A DNA stretch of 59,326 nucleotides, filler included. It is 5 parts of 5 records of this genome, joined end to end, with 100 filler letters (N's around TTAATTAATTAA, not from the genome) between each part and the next. Parts side by side here need not be neighbours in the genome. Positions count along the whole stretch, not along the records: positions 36,048 to 53,505 come from SRR2962707_5556; positions 53,606 to 59,326 come from SRR2962707_5560; 3 more parts are not named here. One strand, 5' to 3'. Below are positions 48,643-59,326 of this stretch, piece by piece (position 1 is the first letter of the stretch; each line of letters begins with the position of its first letter). Under the pieces are notes generated by a model. The model was not told the origin of the DNA and searched no databases. It worked only from the letters and a program-made list of their open reading frames with translations. Made by a program: the position numbers and the translations under genes.

Positions 48643-50880
48643 ATGGCCGACCGGACGGAGAGCGAAAGCCGCAAACTACTGGGGCGGCTGCGCGACACCA
48701 TGGCCGAACAGGCGGCTGGCCAAGTGCGGCTGGACAAGATCACACATCTGACAGCAGATTCCATGGGCACCGAGGTGTGTTCGATCTATCTGTTTCGCGA
48801 TGACGAAACGCTTGAGCTGTGCGCATCGGAGGGTCTAAAGCCCGAGGCCGTGCACCAAACGCGCATGAAGCTGGGTGAAGGCCTGGTGGGACGTGTTGCC
48901 CGAAACGGCATTACGATGAACACAGCCGATGCGCCGTCGCAGCGCGGTTTCCGTTACATGCCCGAGACCGGCGAAGAGATCTATTCCAGCTTCCTTGGTG
49001 TGCCAATCCAGCGCCTTGGGGAAAAACTCGGCGTACTTGTCGTGCAATCAAAGGTGGCTCGGGAATTCACCTCGGACGAGGTTTATGCGCTGGAAGTTGT
49101 CGCAATGGTGCTGGCCGAAATGGCCGAACTGGGCGCTTTCGTGGGCGAAGGGGCGGCACTCACCGCGCGGCATACCCAGCCCGTCCTGCTGCGCGGCACC
49201 ACCGGCCAAGAAGGCACTGCCGAAGGCCATGTGTGGCTGCACGAACCACGTGTTGTTGTCACCAACCTCGTGACCGACGATCCTGTCAAGGAAAACGAAC
49301 GACTTGCGGCCGCCGTCGAAACCCTGCGGGTGAGCGTTGATCAATTGCTTGCTGTTTCGGGTGATCCCGAACAGGTGCAGATCCTCGAAGCCTACCGCAT
49401 GTTCGCCAAATCCAAGGGCTGGATGCGCCGGATGGCCGAGGACATCACCCGCGGTTTGTCTGCCGAAGCCGCCGTAGAAAAGGAACAATCCTCAGCCCGG
49501 GCGCGCATGTCCCAGGTGACCGACGCCTACCTGCGCGAACGGCTTCAGGATCTGGACGATCTCAGCAACCGGCTGCTACGTATCCTGACTGGCCAAGGCA
49601 AGGAAACCGGCGCCGACATGCCGCGCGATCCAATACTTATCGCCCGCAACATCGGCCCTGGCGAGCTTTTGGAATATGGCCGCAACCTCAAGGGAATAGT
49701 GCTTGAGGAGGGGTCTGTCGGCAGCCATGCGGCGATCATCGCGCGGGCCCTTGCGATCCCGCTGGTGGTGCATGCGGGCCGGATCACGAATGAGGCGTTG
49801 AACGGCGATCATGTGATGGTCGACGGCGATCAGGGCGTGGTTCACCTGCGCCCGGACGATACCGTTGTCAGCGCCTTTCGCGACAAGATTGCAATGCAGG
49901 CACAAGCACTCGAACGCTATGCGTCGATCCGCGAGACGCCCTGCGTGACAAAATGCGGACGCCGGATCGAACTGCATATGAATGCCGGGCTGATGGCTGA
50001 TCTGCCCAGCCTGGAGTCATCAGGCGCCGAAGGCGTTGGCCTGTTCCGCACCGAATTGCAGTTTTTGGTGCGCAACCAGATGCCGCGACGGATGGAACTC
50101 GCAGGGCTTTACCGGCGAGTACTGACGTCAGCCAAGGGACGCCGCGTGGTGTTTCGCACGCTCGACATCGGGTCGGACAAGGTGCTGCCCTATATGAAAC
50201 CCAACGACGAACCGAACCCCGCGTTGGGCTGGCGCGCAATTCGCGTTGGGCTGGACAAACCCGGCGTGTTGCGCATGCAGTTGCAGGCCCTTCTACGCGC
50301 CGCCCAGGGTGGTCCGCTAACAGTGATGTTCCCCTTTGTCGCCCAGTTCGAGGAATACCGGGCCGCGCGTGCCGAGATGGACAAGGCGCTGGAGCGTGAA
50401 CATATCCTGGGGCATCCGATTCCGTCCAAGATCGATGTCGGAGCCATGCTGGAAACGCCCAGCCTCGCGTTTGCGCCTCGGCAGTTCTTTGAAGAAGTCG
50501 AATTCCTGTCCATCGGCGGCAATGATCTCAAGCAATTCTTCTTTGCGGCGGACCGCGAAAACGAACGGGTCCGCAAACGTTATGACACGCTGAATGTGAG
50601 CTTTCTGACCTTTCTGGAAACCATCGTCATGCGCTGTCGCGACACCGGCACCCCCCTGTCCTTTTGTGGCGAGGATGCCGGTCGTCCGATAGAAGCGGTC
50701 TGTCTAGCCGCCATTGGTCTGCGGGCACTGTCGATGCGGCCAGCATCGATCGGGCCGGTAAAACACTTGATGATGCGCACAAATCTCGACGACCTTCGCG
50801 CGGTGATCGACGCGGCGATCAAGGACGGCAGTCAGTCGGTACGCACGACCGTGATGGAGTATTTTCGCGGTCAGGCCTAA
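48643..50880 (+). CDS. ptsP: Nitrogen-PTS enzyme I (EI-Ntr)
   Basis: N-terminal GAF domain, GSHAAI phospho-His, GLFRTE, EPNPALGWR and SIGGNDL; downstream of lysC. Confidence 0.96.
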   Translation: MADRTESESRKLLGRLRDTMAEQAAGQVRLDKITHLTADSMGTEVCSIYLFRDDETLELCASEGLKPEAVHQTRMKLGEGLVGRVARNGITMNTADAPSQRGFRYMPETGEEIYSSFLGVPIQRLGEKLGVLVVQSKVAREFTSDEVYALEVVAMVLAEMAELGAFVGEGAALTARHTQPVLLRGTTGQEGTAEGHVWLHEPRVVVTNLVTDDPVKENERLAAAVETLRVSVDQLLAVSGDPEQVQILEAYRMFAKSKGWMRRMAEDITRGLSAEAAVEKEQSSARARMSQVTDAYLRERLQDLDDLSNRLLRILTGQGKETGADMPRDPILIARNIGPGELLEYGRNLKGIVLEEGSVGSHAAIIARALAIPLVVHAGRITNEALNGDHVMVDGDQGVVHLRPDDTVVSAFRDKIAMQAQALERYASIRETPCVTKCGRRIELHMNAGLMADLPSLESSGAEGVGLFRTELQFLVRNQMPRRMELAGLYRRVLTSAKGRRVVFRTLDIGSDKVLPYMKPNDEPNPALGWRAIRVGLDKPGVLRMQLQALLRAAQGGPLTVMFPFVAQFEEYRAARAEMDKALEREHILGHPIPSKIDVGAMLETPSLAFAPRQFFEEVEFLSIGGNDLKQFFFAADRENERVRKRYDTLNVSFLTFLETIVMRCRDTGTPLSFCGEDAGRPIEAVCLAAIGLRALSMRPASIGPVKHLMMRTNLDDLRAVIDAAIKDGSQSVRTTVMEYFRGQA

Positions 50881-51075
50881 CCCGACGGCATCCGCAAACC
50901 GTCGACAATCGTAGCTCAAACCATCCCGCCGGTGGTCGGGTTACCTGGCCTGCTCCCGCACCAGAAAGGCACGGTTACTGTTTTCAGCCAGCCTAGTCTG
51001 AACGTTCAGATCAGCAACTGAATCGAACCAAATGCTTGCACCGAGTTCAGTCTGGTTTTGGGAACTAGGTAGAAA

Positions 51076-51828
51076 TCATAAGGCGTTGAGAGCACCGCGA
51101 AGGTGCGTGACTAGTTCTGCCCGTGTCCGACCGGATTTTTGTGACAGTTTGAGAAGGCCGAAATGCACATGCGCCATCTGCTGATAGTAGCTGGTATAGG
51201 CATAGTTCGTTGCAGCGCCAGTCACGGCGCCCAGCACCGGGATGGTCTGCGCGGCCAATTTCTGCCCCAGCACAGTGGCAAGCCGTGGCGCGACGCGGCC
51301 GATCAACGTATGCACAGTGCCCCCTGTCAGCGTGACGCGCGCCGAAAGAAACGCCATGTCCGCGCCATCACCCGACGCCAGCGGCCCAGCAGAGCCGAAC
51401 ACCAGCAGGCATTCTTTCTGAATCTCGGGGTCATTCGGGTCAAACCCGTATTGATAGGCGATGCCCTGAATGGATCGCAGCAGGACGGTTGTCGTCACCG
51501 GCAATTCAGCAAGCGCCGTTGGCAGGCCACCTGCCCCACCGATTGCGCCCATTGCCGTGGTCATGGTGACGTCCATCCAGCCCTTTTGATCCGGCACAAG
51601 CCCACGGGACTGGTTCGCCGCGCGCAGCGCCATGTTAAGGGCAAGGCCCGTCGCGTTTTCCAGCCGATCTTTGACCTTGTCCGGCAGCCGCTCCATCAGA
51701 TTTTCCGCCTGACCGCCGACAAAGTTGAGAAGCTGGAGACCAATGCCACCAGCATTTTTGTGCCGCCGCGCAAGCGCGGTCAGTTCCAGATCGATATCCA
51801 TCACTTGCACAAGATCGGTGTTGGTCAT
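51076..51828 (-). CDS. EcsC family protein
   Basis: GAIGGAGG...ELPVTTTVLLRSIQ.IA..YGFD and QTIPVLGA..GAATN. Confidence 0.8.
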   Translation of the reverse strand: MTNTDLVQVMDIDLELTALARRHKNAGGIGLQLLNFVGGQAENLMERLPDKVKDRLENATGLALNMALRAANQSRGLVPDQKGWMDVTMTTAMGAIGGAGGLPTALAELPVTTTVLLRSIQGIAYQYGFDPNDPEIQKECLLVFGSAGPLASGDGADMAFLSARVTLTGGTVHTLIGRVAPRLATVLGQKLAAQTIPVLGAVTGAATNYAYTSYYQQMAHVHFGLLKLSQKSGRTRAELVTHLRGALNAL

Positions 51829-51877
51829 CTGCTGTCTCCTGCCTACACGCATAACATTGGGTCACGTCGTATAGGTG

Positions 51878-52360
51878 TCAAGCGGCCCGCGTCACCGAGC
51901 CAGAGATGCCCGCCCAGGCATCGGGCGTAAGATCATAGCCCAGGACACGGTCGGGATTTGTCGGTGGCGGCATTTCGACACCCGACAGACGGAAAAAACC
52001 AAAGCGTTGGTAATATGGCAAATCCCCGACCAGCAAAACTCTTTCCCAACTTTCGGCGGCCTTGGCGAGGCTGTCGCGAATCATGGCCGCTGCGAGTCCC
52101 TCACCCTGTGCCGTCGGGTGTACCGCAACGGGGCCCAGTAGCAGTACAGCCTTGTCGCCAACCCGCACCGGCCAATACCGGATGGCCCCGCCAAGGATAC
52201 CATTCTCGTCCCGCGCGATACGCCCGAGGGAGGCGACCGGGGGCACATCATCGCGAAGCCGATAGGAAGACAGCGCCGTTCGTCCCGGCGCGAAGCAGAG
52301 ATCAAACAACGCTTCGACTTCCCACCAATCGTCGGGGTCCTCTTTTTTCAGAAAGAACAC
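51878..52360 (-). CDS. GNAT family N-acetyltransferase
   Basis: FAPGR, LLLGPVAVHP..QGEG and LLVGD.PYY.RFGF. Confidence 0.9.
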   Translation of the reverse strand: MFFLKKEDPDDWWEVEALFDLCFAPGRTALSSYRLRDDVPPVASLGRIARDENGILGGAIRYWPVRVGDKAVLLLGPVAVHPTAQGEGLAAAMIRDSLAKAAESWERVLLVGDLPYYQRFGFFRLSGVEMPPPTNPDRVLGYDLTPDAWAGISGSVTRAA

Positions 52361-52436
52361 AGGCGCACCTCGTGCATTCAGGGCAGAACCGGCCTATCAC
52401 GGTGCAACGCCTTGGGCAAACAGGAGAAAAGAATTC

Positions 52437-53045
52437 ATGTTCTACCGACCGTCCGAAGGCCACGGCCTGCCACACAATCCGTTCAACGCGATCGTCACAC
52501 CCCGCCCCATCGGCTGGATTTCAACGCGCGGGTCGGACGGTTTGGAAAACCTCGCACCTTATTCCTTTTTCAATGCAGTGGCTTACACGCCGCCACAAGT
52601 CATGTTCGCATCGACGTCTTCCAAGCCGGACCGTGGCAATACGAAGGACAGCGTCGCCAACATCCGCGACACTGGCGTTTTTTGTGTGAACATTGTCGAA
52701 TACGCGATGCGCGACGAAATGAACCAAAGTTCTGGGGCCTGGGACAAGGAAACCGATGAATTTGACATGACGGGAATCGAACGCGCGCCTTGCGATACAG
52801 TCGCCTGCAGCCGGGTCGCCCGCGCACCGGCCAATCTGGAATGCAAGCTAACCCAGATCGTACAGCTGCCCGGCGAGGCCAACTATGCCGTGTTCGGAGA
52901 GGTCACAGGCGTGCACATGCGCGACGATTGCATCGTCGATGGCCTTTTTGACATCCTGAAATTCAATCCGCTGACACGCCTTGGTTACAAGGACTATTCC
53001 GTGATCCGCGAAACCTTTGGCCTGAACCGCCCCGGCGAAACCTGA
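52437..53045 (+). CDS. Flavin reductase-like (flavoredoxin) protein
   Basis: PRPIGWIST, NLAPYSFFN and KDSVANIRDTG.F.VN. Confidence 0.9.
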   Translation: MFYRPSEGHGLPHNPFNAIVTPRPIGWISTRGSDGLENLAPYSFFNAVAYTPPQVMFASTSSKPDRGNTKDSVANIRDTGVFCVNIVEYAMRDEMNQSSGAWDKETDEFDMTGIERAPCDTVACSRVARAPANLECKLTQIVQLPGEANYAVFGEVTGVHMRDDCIVDGLFDILKFNPLTRLGYKDYSVIRETFGLNRPGET

Positions 53046-53121
53046 AACAGGTCACGGGCAGGAACACCCAATACCACCTGCAAGGACGGGGCCGTTGCCC
53101 CCCCTTGCAGCTGCGCCGGAG

Positions 53122-53505
53122 TCAGTGCCCGCCCAGAATGCCCGTGCGAACGTCATAATTCACGGCCAGCGCGTAATCGGGATCATCGTCACTGTCGACG
53201 ATCAGATGACCAGCCTTTTTCAGCAACTTATGACAATCGCGGCTTAGGTGGCGCAACTGGATGCGCTTGCCCACGGCCTCGTATTTGCTGGCCAATGCCT
53301 CGATCGCCTGAAGCGCAGACTGATCAACGACACGGCTGTCAGCAAAATCGATGATAACGGTTTGGGGATCATCCTCGACATTGAACATCTCGGAAAATCC
53401 TTCGGCTGAGCCAAAGAACAGCGGCCCCTGCACCTGATAGACCCGCGCCCCTTCGGGCGTTACGTAGGTCTTGGAATGGATGCGGCGCGCATTGTTCCAC
53501 GCATA
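53122..53505 (-). CDS. SulP family anion transporter, C-terminal STAS fragment
   Basis: YAWNNARRI...GPLFFGS...IDFADSRVVDQSAL. Confidence 0.88.
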   Translation of the reverse strand, partial: YAWNNARRIHSKTYVTPEGARVYQVQGPLFFGSAEGFSEMFNVEDDPQTVIIDFADSRVVDQSALQAIEALASKYEAVGKRIQLRHLSRDCHKLLKKAGHLIVDSDDDPDYALAVNYDVRTGILGGH

Positions 53506-53605
53506 NNNNNNNNNNNNNNNNNNNNNNNNNNNNNNNNNNNNNNNNNNNNTTAATTAATTAANNNNNNNNNNNNNNNNNNNNNNNNNNNNNNNNNNNNNNN
53601 NNNNN
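53506..53605. other. Artificial contig linker
   Basis: 44 N + TTAATTAATTAA + 44 N. Confidence 0.98.
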
Positions 53606-54494
53606 GATCCTCGCGGAACAGGCCCTGCCGGATCAACTGGCTGAGATCGCGATGGGTTGCGGCGACGATGCGCACGTCGGTCTTGATGGCCGTGCGGCCC
53701 CCGACCATTGTGTATTCACCCTCCTGGAGCACGCGCAGCAGGCGGGTTTGCGCATCCATGGGCATGTCGCCGATCTCATCGAGAAACAACGTTCCGCCTT
53801 CAGCCTGCTCGAAACGACCCGACGAGCGCGACGTCGCGCCGGTAAAAGCTCCTTTTTCGTGCCCGAACAGCTCGGCTTCGATCAGATCGCGGGGAATTGC
53901 GGCCATGTTTATGGCAACGAACGGTCCGTTCTTGCGCTTGCCGAAATTGTGCAGCGCCTTGGCCACCAGTTCCTTGCCGGTGCCGCTCTCGCCAGTCACC
54001 ATCACTGTCAAATCGGTCTGCATGAGGCGGGCAAGCGCCCGGTAGATGTCCTGCATGGCGGCGGATCGGCCGACCAGAGGCATGTTTTCGCCCTGATCTT
54101 CCTGACGGCGATCGGGCGCGGGCCGCTTGGCTTCGGCGAGGGCGCGGCCAACTACGGCCAGAACCTCGGTGATATCAAACGGCTTTGGCAGATATTCATA
54201 AGCGCCCATCTCGGATGCCCTGATGGCCGTCATGAAGGTGTTCTGCGCGCTCATCACGACGATGGGGAGATCGGGGCGGAGCTTTTTGATCTTGGGCATG
54301 ACGTCGAAGGCATTGCCGTCGGGCATTGAGACGTCGGTGATGAGGATGTCACCCTCGCCGCGTGTCACCCAGTTCCACATGGTCGAGATGTTGCCGGTGG
54401 GCCGGACCTCGTAACCGGCTCGCGAGAGCGCCTGATTGAGCACCATGCGGATCGCTGCGTCGTCATCTGCGAGGAGAATTGTCTGTCCGGCCAT
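53606..54494 (-). CDS. ntrC: Nitrogen regulation protein NR(I), 3'-truncated
   Basis: Receiver domain, [21 protein letters not shown] and LFLDEIGD; follows ntrB. Confidence 0.95.
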
Positions 54495-54498
54495 GGTC

Positions 54499-55614
54499 TT
54501 AGTCCTGGTCTTCGGCTTGGCTGATGTCGGTGTTCTGGGCGACGGGCAACAGGATACGGAAGCGCGTTCGTCCCGGCTTGCTGTCGCAATCGATGACCCC
54601 ACCATGATCGCCCACGATCTTTGCAACCAGCGCAAGGCCGAGGCCCGAACCCGAAAGCTTGGTGGTGACGAAGGGATCGAACAGGAACGGCAATATGTCG
54701 GAAGGGACACCCGGCCCGTTGTCCTCGATAACGATTTCGAGCGGCAGTGAGACACGGTTGCTGTTTCCCGACACGCTGATGCGGATGCCCGGCCGGAATG
54801 CTGTCATGATCTTGATTTCGGCTTTCGCAGTCCGTTCAAGCGCTTCTGCGGCATTCTTAATCAGGTTCAGGAATATCTGGATCAGCTGATCGCGGTCACC
54901 GAGCACCGGCGGCAGGCTCGGGTCATAGTCCTCCGAAAAGGTGATGCCCTTGGCGACACCGTTCGATGCAAGGAGCTTAACCCGCTCGAGAATGACGTGG
55001 ATGTTGATCGGAGTACGCTCGACGGGACGCTCGTCGCCGAACACTTCCATGCGGTCGACAAGATCGACGATCCTGTCGGTTTCGTCGCGGATGAGACGGG
55101 CTAGGGCACGGTCATCGCCGACAGCAGATTGCTCGAGCAATTGGGAGGCGCCGCGGATGCCGGAAAGCGGGTTCTTGATCTCGTGAGCCAGCATTGAAGC
55201 CAGACCGGTGACCGAGCGCGCCGCGCCGCGAGACACGAGCTGTCGATCGATCTTGTCAGCCATGGTCCGCTCCTGAAAGATGAGCGTGACGTGACCCGGC
55301 ATCTCGGGAATGGGGCTGGCATAGACGTCTGCCACCCTGTCCTCGATCACCCGGGCGGTCCCGACCTGAACCCGATATTCGATCATCGGAGCGAGGCGCG
55401 ATGCAACGCTTTCGATCAAGCCCAGAATGGGCGAGCCGAACGCAATGAAATCGGACAGCTTTTGCCGCGTCAGGATCGATGCGGAGGCGTGAAAAAAGGC
55501 TTCTGCTGCATAGTTGGCAAAGGCAATCGATCCGTCCTGCGCGCAGACGATCACCGGCTGCGGCAGCGACTGGAGTATGGACGCATGCAGATCGAGTTCC
55601 ATGAGCGCGCTCAT
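54499..55614 (-). CDS. ntrB: Nitrogen regulation sensor kinase NR(II)
   Basis: PAS domain, [26 protein letters not shown] and FDPFVTTK. Confidence 0.95.
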   Translation of the reverse strand: MSALMELDLHASILQSLPQPVIVCAQDGSIAFANYAAEAFFHASASILTRQKLSDFIAFGSPILGLIESVASRLAPMIEYRVQVGTARVIEDRVADVYASPIPEMPGHVTLIFQERTMADKIDRQLVSRGAARSVTGLASMLAHEIKNPLSGIRGASQLLEQSAVGDDRALARLIRDETDRIVDLVDRMEVFGDERPVERTPINIHVILERVKLLASNGVAKGITFSEDYDPSLPPVLGDRDQLIQIFLNLIKNAAEALERTAKAEIKIMTAFRPGIRISVSGNSNRVSLPLEIVIEDNGPGVPSDILPFLFDPFVTTKLSGSGLGLALVAKIVGDHGGVIDCDSKPGRTRFRILLPVAQNTDISQAEDQD

Positions 55615-56609
55615 GCGGCCTGACTCCAGGTCTGTTCGAAAAGTTCGGGCATCAGGCGCAGGACAGCGCGCGGGTCGTTTTCAGTCATGATCGGGCGTCG
55701 TTGCGCATTGGAAAGCTCGCCCGAGGCGTCGAGATACCAGCCGATGTGCTTGCGGGCCATGCGGACGCCGAGCTCGGTGCCGTATTCGGACAGCATGTCC
55801 TCGTAATGGGCGCCAACAAGGGCGACCAGGTCGTCGCCGGTCGGTGTTGCGGGCGCTTCGCGTCCTTCGAGGTGCGCGGCCACCTGCCCTACGATCCATG
55901 GCTGTCCCTGTGCTCCGCGGCCTATCATGACGGCGTTGGCACCCGATTGGGTCAGTGCGGCGTCGGCTTCGTCCGTGCCGACAATGTCGCCGTTGACGAC
56001 AACGGGAACGGTGACGGCTTCGGTGACAGGCTTCACGAGGTGCCAGCGTGCAATGTCCTTATAGAACTGCTGGCGGGTGCGTCCGTGTACGGTGATCATT
56101 TTTACGCCGGCGCTTTCGGCGCGACGGGCGATGTCGGCTGCGTTGAGACTGTCGTCATCCCAGCCAAGCCGCATCTTGACGGTGACCGGGAGGCTGGTGG
56201 CAGCCACGACCGCATCGATGAGCGAAAGGGCAATATCGGGCACCCGCATCAGCGCGGACCCAGCAAAACCATTGGTGACGCGTTTGGACGGGCAGCCGAA
56301 ATTGATGTCGATGACATCGGCCCCGGCCTCCTCGGCAATTTTGGCGCCGCGCACGAGCCAATCGGCCTCGCAGCCAGCCAACTGGACGATATGAGGAAGG
56401 CCGTGACTGGGGGTCAGCTTGCGGATCATTTCCTTGTGCCCTGTCACGAGGGCGGCGCTGGCAATCATTTCCGACACCACGAGCCCTGCTCCGAAGCGGG
56501 CGGCAAGATCACGCATCGGGCGATCGGTGATTCCGGCCATGGGTGCAAGAAATGCACGATTTGGCAGACGAAGGTCACCTATGCTTATTTCAGAGGCACG
56601 CTTGGCCAA
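55611..56609 (-). CDS. dusB: tRNA-dihydrouridine synthase (NifR3)
   Basis: [30 protein letters not shown] and MIGRG; dusB-ntrB-ntrC order. Confidence 0.95.
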   Translation of the reverse strand: MAKRASEISIGDLRLPNRAFLAPMAGITDRPMRDLAARFGAGLVVSEMIASAALVTGHKEMIRKLTPSHGLPHIVQLAGCEADWLVRGAKIAEEAGADVIDINFGCPSKRVTNGFAGSALMRVPDIALSLIDAVVAATSLPVTVKMRLGWDDDSLNAADIARRAESAGVKMITVHGRTRQQFYKDIARWHLVKPVTEAVTVPVVVNGDIVGTDEADAALTQSGANAVMIGRGAQGQPWIVGQVAAHLEGREAPATPTGDDLVALVGAHYEDMLSEYGTELGVRMARKHIGWYLDASGELSNAQRRPIMTENDPRAVLRLMPELFEQTWSQAA

Positions 56610-56795
56610 CTTATTGCCTTAAAACTATACAAGGGCTGCAATTTGGTGACAGATTAGTCAAAATTCGATCCCATTCAATGCCTCATATTGGATCAGTTTG
56701 CTAAAGACAGTGGTGCTGACCTTGTTTCGCGGCTCGTGGGGCTATAATTGCGGATGAAGTTTGCGCAACGCATCGCCGGGAACGAGCAAGGCCCT

Positions 56796-57980
56796 ATGAG
56801 TGAAGACAAAACAATCGTTGCGCTTGTTGTCGCTGCGGGGCGCGGCGAGCGTGCCGGCACGGCGGGCCTGCCCAAGCAGTATCGGCCCGTGGCTGGTGAG
56901 CCGCTGCTGGCGATGACACTGAGGGCCCTGCTCGCCATCAAGGCAATTGACCGGGTCGTACCTGTGATCGGCGCTGGACAGGAAGCGATGTTCGCTGATC
57001 TTGGGCTGTCCGATGCACGGCTTTCGGCCCCTGTGATTGGCGGCGATACGCGTCAGGTCTCGGTCCTGAGGGGGCTGCAGGCGCTGGCGGAACAGCAACC
57101 TGGTATTGTGCTGATCCACGATGGAGCCCGGCCCTTCGTGGATGCGGTGTTGATCGGCAATGTCATTGCGGCGTTGTCCGATGCCGACGGCGCGCTGCCG
57201 GTGACGCTGGTGACCGACACGATCAAGCGCTCCCTCGACGGCAAGACCGTGGGCGGTACGGAAGACCGGACCCAGCTTTTTGCTGCGCAAACGCCGCAGG
57301 GTTTTCGTTTCAACGCGATTTACAATGCACACAGGCGCGCCATCGAAATGAGCGATGGATTTACCGATGATGCAGCGATTGCCGAATGGGCCGGCCTGAG
57401 CGTTGCGCTTGCGCAAGGCAATACGCGCAACATCAAGATAACGCTGCCGGACGATTTTGAACGCGCCGAACGCATGATGACCGAGGGACAGGCCATGGAA
57501 ACACGTGTGGGCTCAGGATACGACGTTCATGCGTTCACTGACGGCGACGCGGTCATTCTGGGCAATATCAAAATTCCGCACACGGCGCGGCTCAAGGGCC
57601 ATTCGGATGCCGATGTGGTTCTGCACGCCCTTTCGGACGCCATTTACGGCGCTTTAGCCGATGGGGACATCGGCAAGCATTTTCCGCCCAGCGAAATGGA
57701 ATGGAAGAACGCCGACTCCTCGATTTTTCTCGAGCATGCCGCCGGGCTGGTCCGGCAGCGCGGCGGGCGGCTCGTCCATATGGATGCGACGATAATCTGT
57801 GAGTATCCCAAGATCGGGCCGCACGTCGAAGCCATGCGGGCGCGGATCGCCGAGATCACGGGCGTGAGCGTTGACCGGGTCGCGGTCAAGGCCACGACGT
57901 CGGAGCGGCTCGGCTTTACCGGCCGCGAGGAAGGTATTGCGGCGCAGGCCGTCGCGACGATCGAGTTGCCGCGGAGTTAG
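56796..57980 (+). CDS. ispDF: Bifunctional IspD/IspF
   Basis: AAGRGER..PKQY, IHDGARP, QTPQGF and NIKIT, followed by GYDVH, GHSDADV and KATTSE.LGFTGR.EG. Confidence 0.96.
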   Translation: MSEDKTIVALVVAAGRGERAGTAGLPKQYRPVAGEPLLAMTLRALLAIKAIDRVVPVIGAGQEAMFADLGLSDARLSAPVIGGDTRQVSVLRGLQALAEQQPGIVLIHDGARPFVDAVLIGNVIAALSDADGALPVTLVTDTIKRSLDGKTVGGTEDRTQLFAAQTPQGFRFNAIYNAHRRAIEMSDGFTDDAAIAEWAGLSVALAQGNTRNIKITLPDDFERAERMMTEGQAMETRVGSGYDVHAFTDGDAVILGNIKIPHTARLKGHSDADVVLHALSDAIYGALADGDIGKHFPPSEMEWKNADSSIFLEHAAGLVRQRGGRLVHMDATIICEYPKIGPHVEAMRARIAEITGVSVDRVAVKATTSERLGFTGREEGIAAQAVATIELPRS

Positions 57981-57983
57981 ACC

Positions 57984-58475
57984 ATGCTCGACAATGAAAC
58001 GCTGGCGCTGGCGAAAAAGGTCAATGACCGGCTGATCCTTGCCAGCCATATGATGGTCACCGCGGAAAGCTGCACCGGCGGGTTGATAGCCGGAGCGATC
58101 ACTTCAGTGTCGGGCTCTTCGGCCATGCTTTACGGCGGGTTCGTCACCTATTCCAACCGCGCCAAGACTGCGATGATCGATGTCCCCCAAGCGCTCATCG
58201 AACAACACGGAGCGGTTTCCGAACCGGTGGCGCGGGCCATGGCCGAGGGGGCGCTGCGTAGAGCCGGTGTCGATCTGGCAATATCGGTGACCGGGGTTGC
58301 CGGACCGGGCGGCGGGTCGGATCAAAAGCCCATCGGGCTTGTGCATTTCGGGCTGGCAACGCCAGACGAGACGCTGCTTCGCCAAGAGCGGTTCGGCGAC
58401 CTTGGCCGCGACATGATCAGGCTGGAAACGGTACGGGTCGCGCTGGAGATGATCCTTGAGGCTTACGCGCCGTAG
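57984..58475 (+). CDS. cinA: CinA/PncC family protein
   Basis: TAESCTGG, SGSS, VTYSN, GAVS and TGVAGPGG. Confidence 0.92.
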   Translation: MLDNETLALAKKVNDRLILASHMMVTAESCTGGLIAGAITSVSGSSAMLYGGFVTYSNRAKTAMIDVPQALIEQHGAVSEPVARAMAEGALRRAGVDLAISVTGVAGPGGGSDQKPIGLVHFGLATPDETLLRQERFGDLGRDMIRLETVRVALEMILEAYAP

Positions 58476-58903
58476 CGCCGGCGCGCCTCAGCGACAAACG
58501 CATCCATGATCTCCTCCTGCTTGGCGGCAAATGCCGGTTCGGCGACCGAGCGGATCAGGGGGTTGGCGATCTTGAATTCGATATCGAAGACGATGGTGGC
58601 CCCCTGCCCGTCATCGGAAAAGCGCCAGGTACTGTCGAGATGGCTGAACAGGCCGTCAACCGCCCGGGCCTTCAATGTCATGGCTTCTCGATCAACCACG
58701 ATCCGGCTCGTATAGGACTGGCTGATCGGGCCGAAGCGAATGTGCATGCGCGCGTCGAGTTTTCGGTCAGGGGCGGCCGCGTCGCGGCGCACCTCCATGC
58801 GCTCGCAATGGGGAATGAACTGGGGATAGGCATCGACGTCTGCCACCAGCGCAAGCATTTGCGCAGCCGAATGCGGCACGTGCCGCTCCAAATGCTTCTG
58901 CAT
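58463..58903 (-). CDS. RatA/Coq10 (START domain) protein
   Basis: LVADVDAYPQFIPHC, YTSR, WRF and AFVAEARRRYG; follows lipA. Confidence 0.9.
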   Translation of the reverse strand: MQKHLERHVPHSAAQMLALVADVDAYPQFIPHCERMEVRRDAAAPDRKLDARMHIRFGPISQSYTSRIVVDREAMTLKARAVDGLFSHLDSTWRFSDDGQGATIVFDIEFKIANPLIRSVAEPAFAAKQEEIMDAFVAEARRRYGA

Positions 58904-59325
58904 CAAGCCAGTCCGAGTTTTTCCTGCCGCGCCTTGCGCAGGGCCGCGAAATCCTCGCCCGCATGGTGCGAGGAGCGGGTGAGCGGGCTTGAGGATACCA
59001 GCAGGAAGCCCTTGGTCTTGGCGACCGTGGCGAAGGACTTGAATTCCTCGGGCGTGACGAACCGGTCAACCTTATGGTGCTTGCGGGTCGGCTGGAGGTA
59101 TTGGCCGATGGTGAGAAAATCGACGTCGGCAACGCGCAAATCATCCATGAGCTGAAGCACTTCGTTGCGCTCCTCGCCCAGCCCCACCATGATACCGGAC
59201 TTGGTGAACATCTGCGGATCGAGTTCCTTGACCCGCTGCAGCAGCCGGATGGAGTGGAAATAGCGCGCGCCCGGGCGGACCGTGAGGTATTTGGACGGCA
59301 CGGTTTCGAGATTGTGGTTGAAGAC
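58903..59325 (-). CDS. lipA: Lipoyl synthase, 5'-truncated
   Basis: [28 protein letters not shown] and LTRSSHHA. Confidence 0.96.
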   Translation of the reverse strand, partial: VFNHNLETVPSKYLTVRPGARYFHSIRLLQRVKELDPQMFTKSGIMVGLGEERNEVLQLMDDLRVADVDFLTIGQYLQPTRKHHKVDRFVTPEEFKSFATVAKTKGFLLVSSSPLTRSSHHAGEDFAALRKARQEKLGLA

Positions 59326-59326
59326 G

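Noticed and set aside
56610-56795. NtrC site or sigma54 promoter in the dusB/ispDF intergenic region
   Set aside because: Only weak partial matches, not enough to call.
58463-58903. RatA as a toxin-antitoxin system
   Set aside because: No antitoxin partner is present; the lipA-Coq10/RatA-cinA-ispDF arrangement is housekeeping synteny.

Overview
This window is not one locus. It is five unrelated alphaproteobacterial contigs joined by artificial 100-nt linkers (44 N + TTAATTAATTAA + 44 N) at 10109-10208, 15333-15432, 35948-36047 and 53506-53605. Taxonomic labels are impressions from gene order and base composition. Contig 1 (1-10108, GC-rich, Devosia-like): the end of a rhamnose ABC operon (rhaP/Q, rhaM), then the most interesting unit in the window. 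That unit is a LysR regulator with two tandem HTH domains, transcribed divergently from a HAL-family lyase lacking the MIO Ala-Ser-Gly triad (GSIGCAD, ergothionase-like), an OsmF/YehZYXW betaine-type ABC importer and a cyclic amidohydrolase with a QxH metal motif. It is a candidate uncharacterised catabolic pathway for a betaine or modified-histidine compound. The contig ends in Illumina adapter sequence. Contig 2 (10209-15332): carD, an EmrE-type SMR, a P-loop protein, GST, a methyltransferase, comF, grxC, a nitrilase-family amidase and DUF1178. Contig 3 (15433-35947, visibly lower GC, Rhizobiales-like): a FecR-domain gene, uvrD, a small ORF-luxR-luxI quorum-sensing cassette with recurring CAAC..GTTG palindromes, two small proteins, SCO, prmA, aminopeptidase P, azlCD and the ddl-ftsQAZ-lpxC-bamD-recN-ligA block. 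Contig 4 (36048-53505, Rhodobacteraceae-like): dctP with tandem DctD boxes, a DctD with a degenerate AAA+ domain, dctB, a P450, murJ-GT4-waaA-like genes, DUF1178, an SDR, an SgcJ/EcaC-like gene with apparent compensating frameshifts, lysC, ptsP, EcsC-like, GNAT, flavin reductase and SulP. Contig 5 (53606-59326): ntrC-ntrB-dusB, ispDF, cinA, RatA/Coq10 and lipA. I saw no rRNA, tRNA, CRISPR array or transposase.
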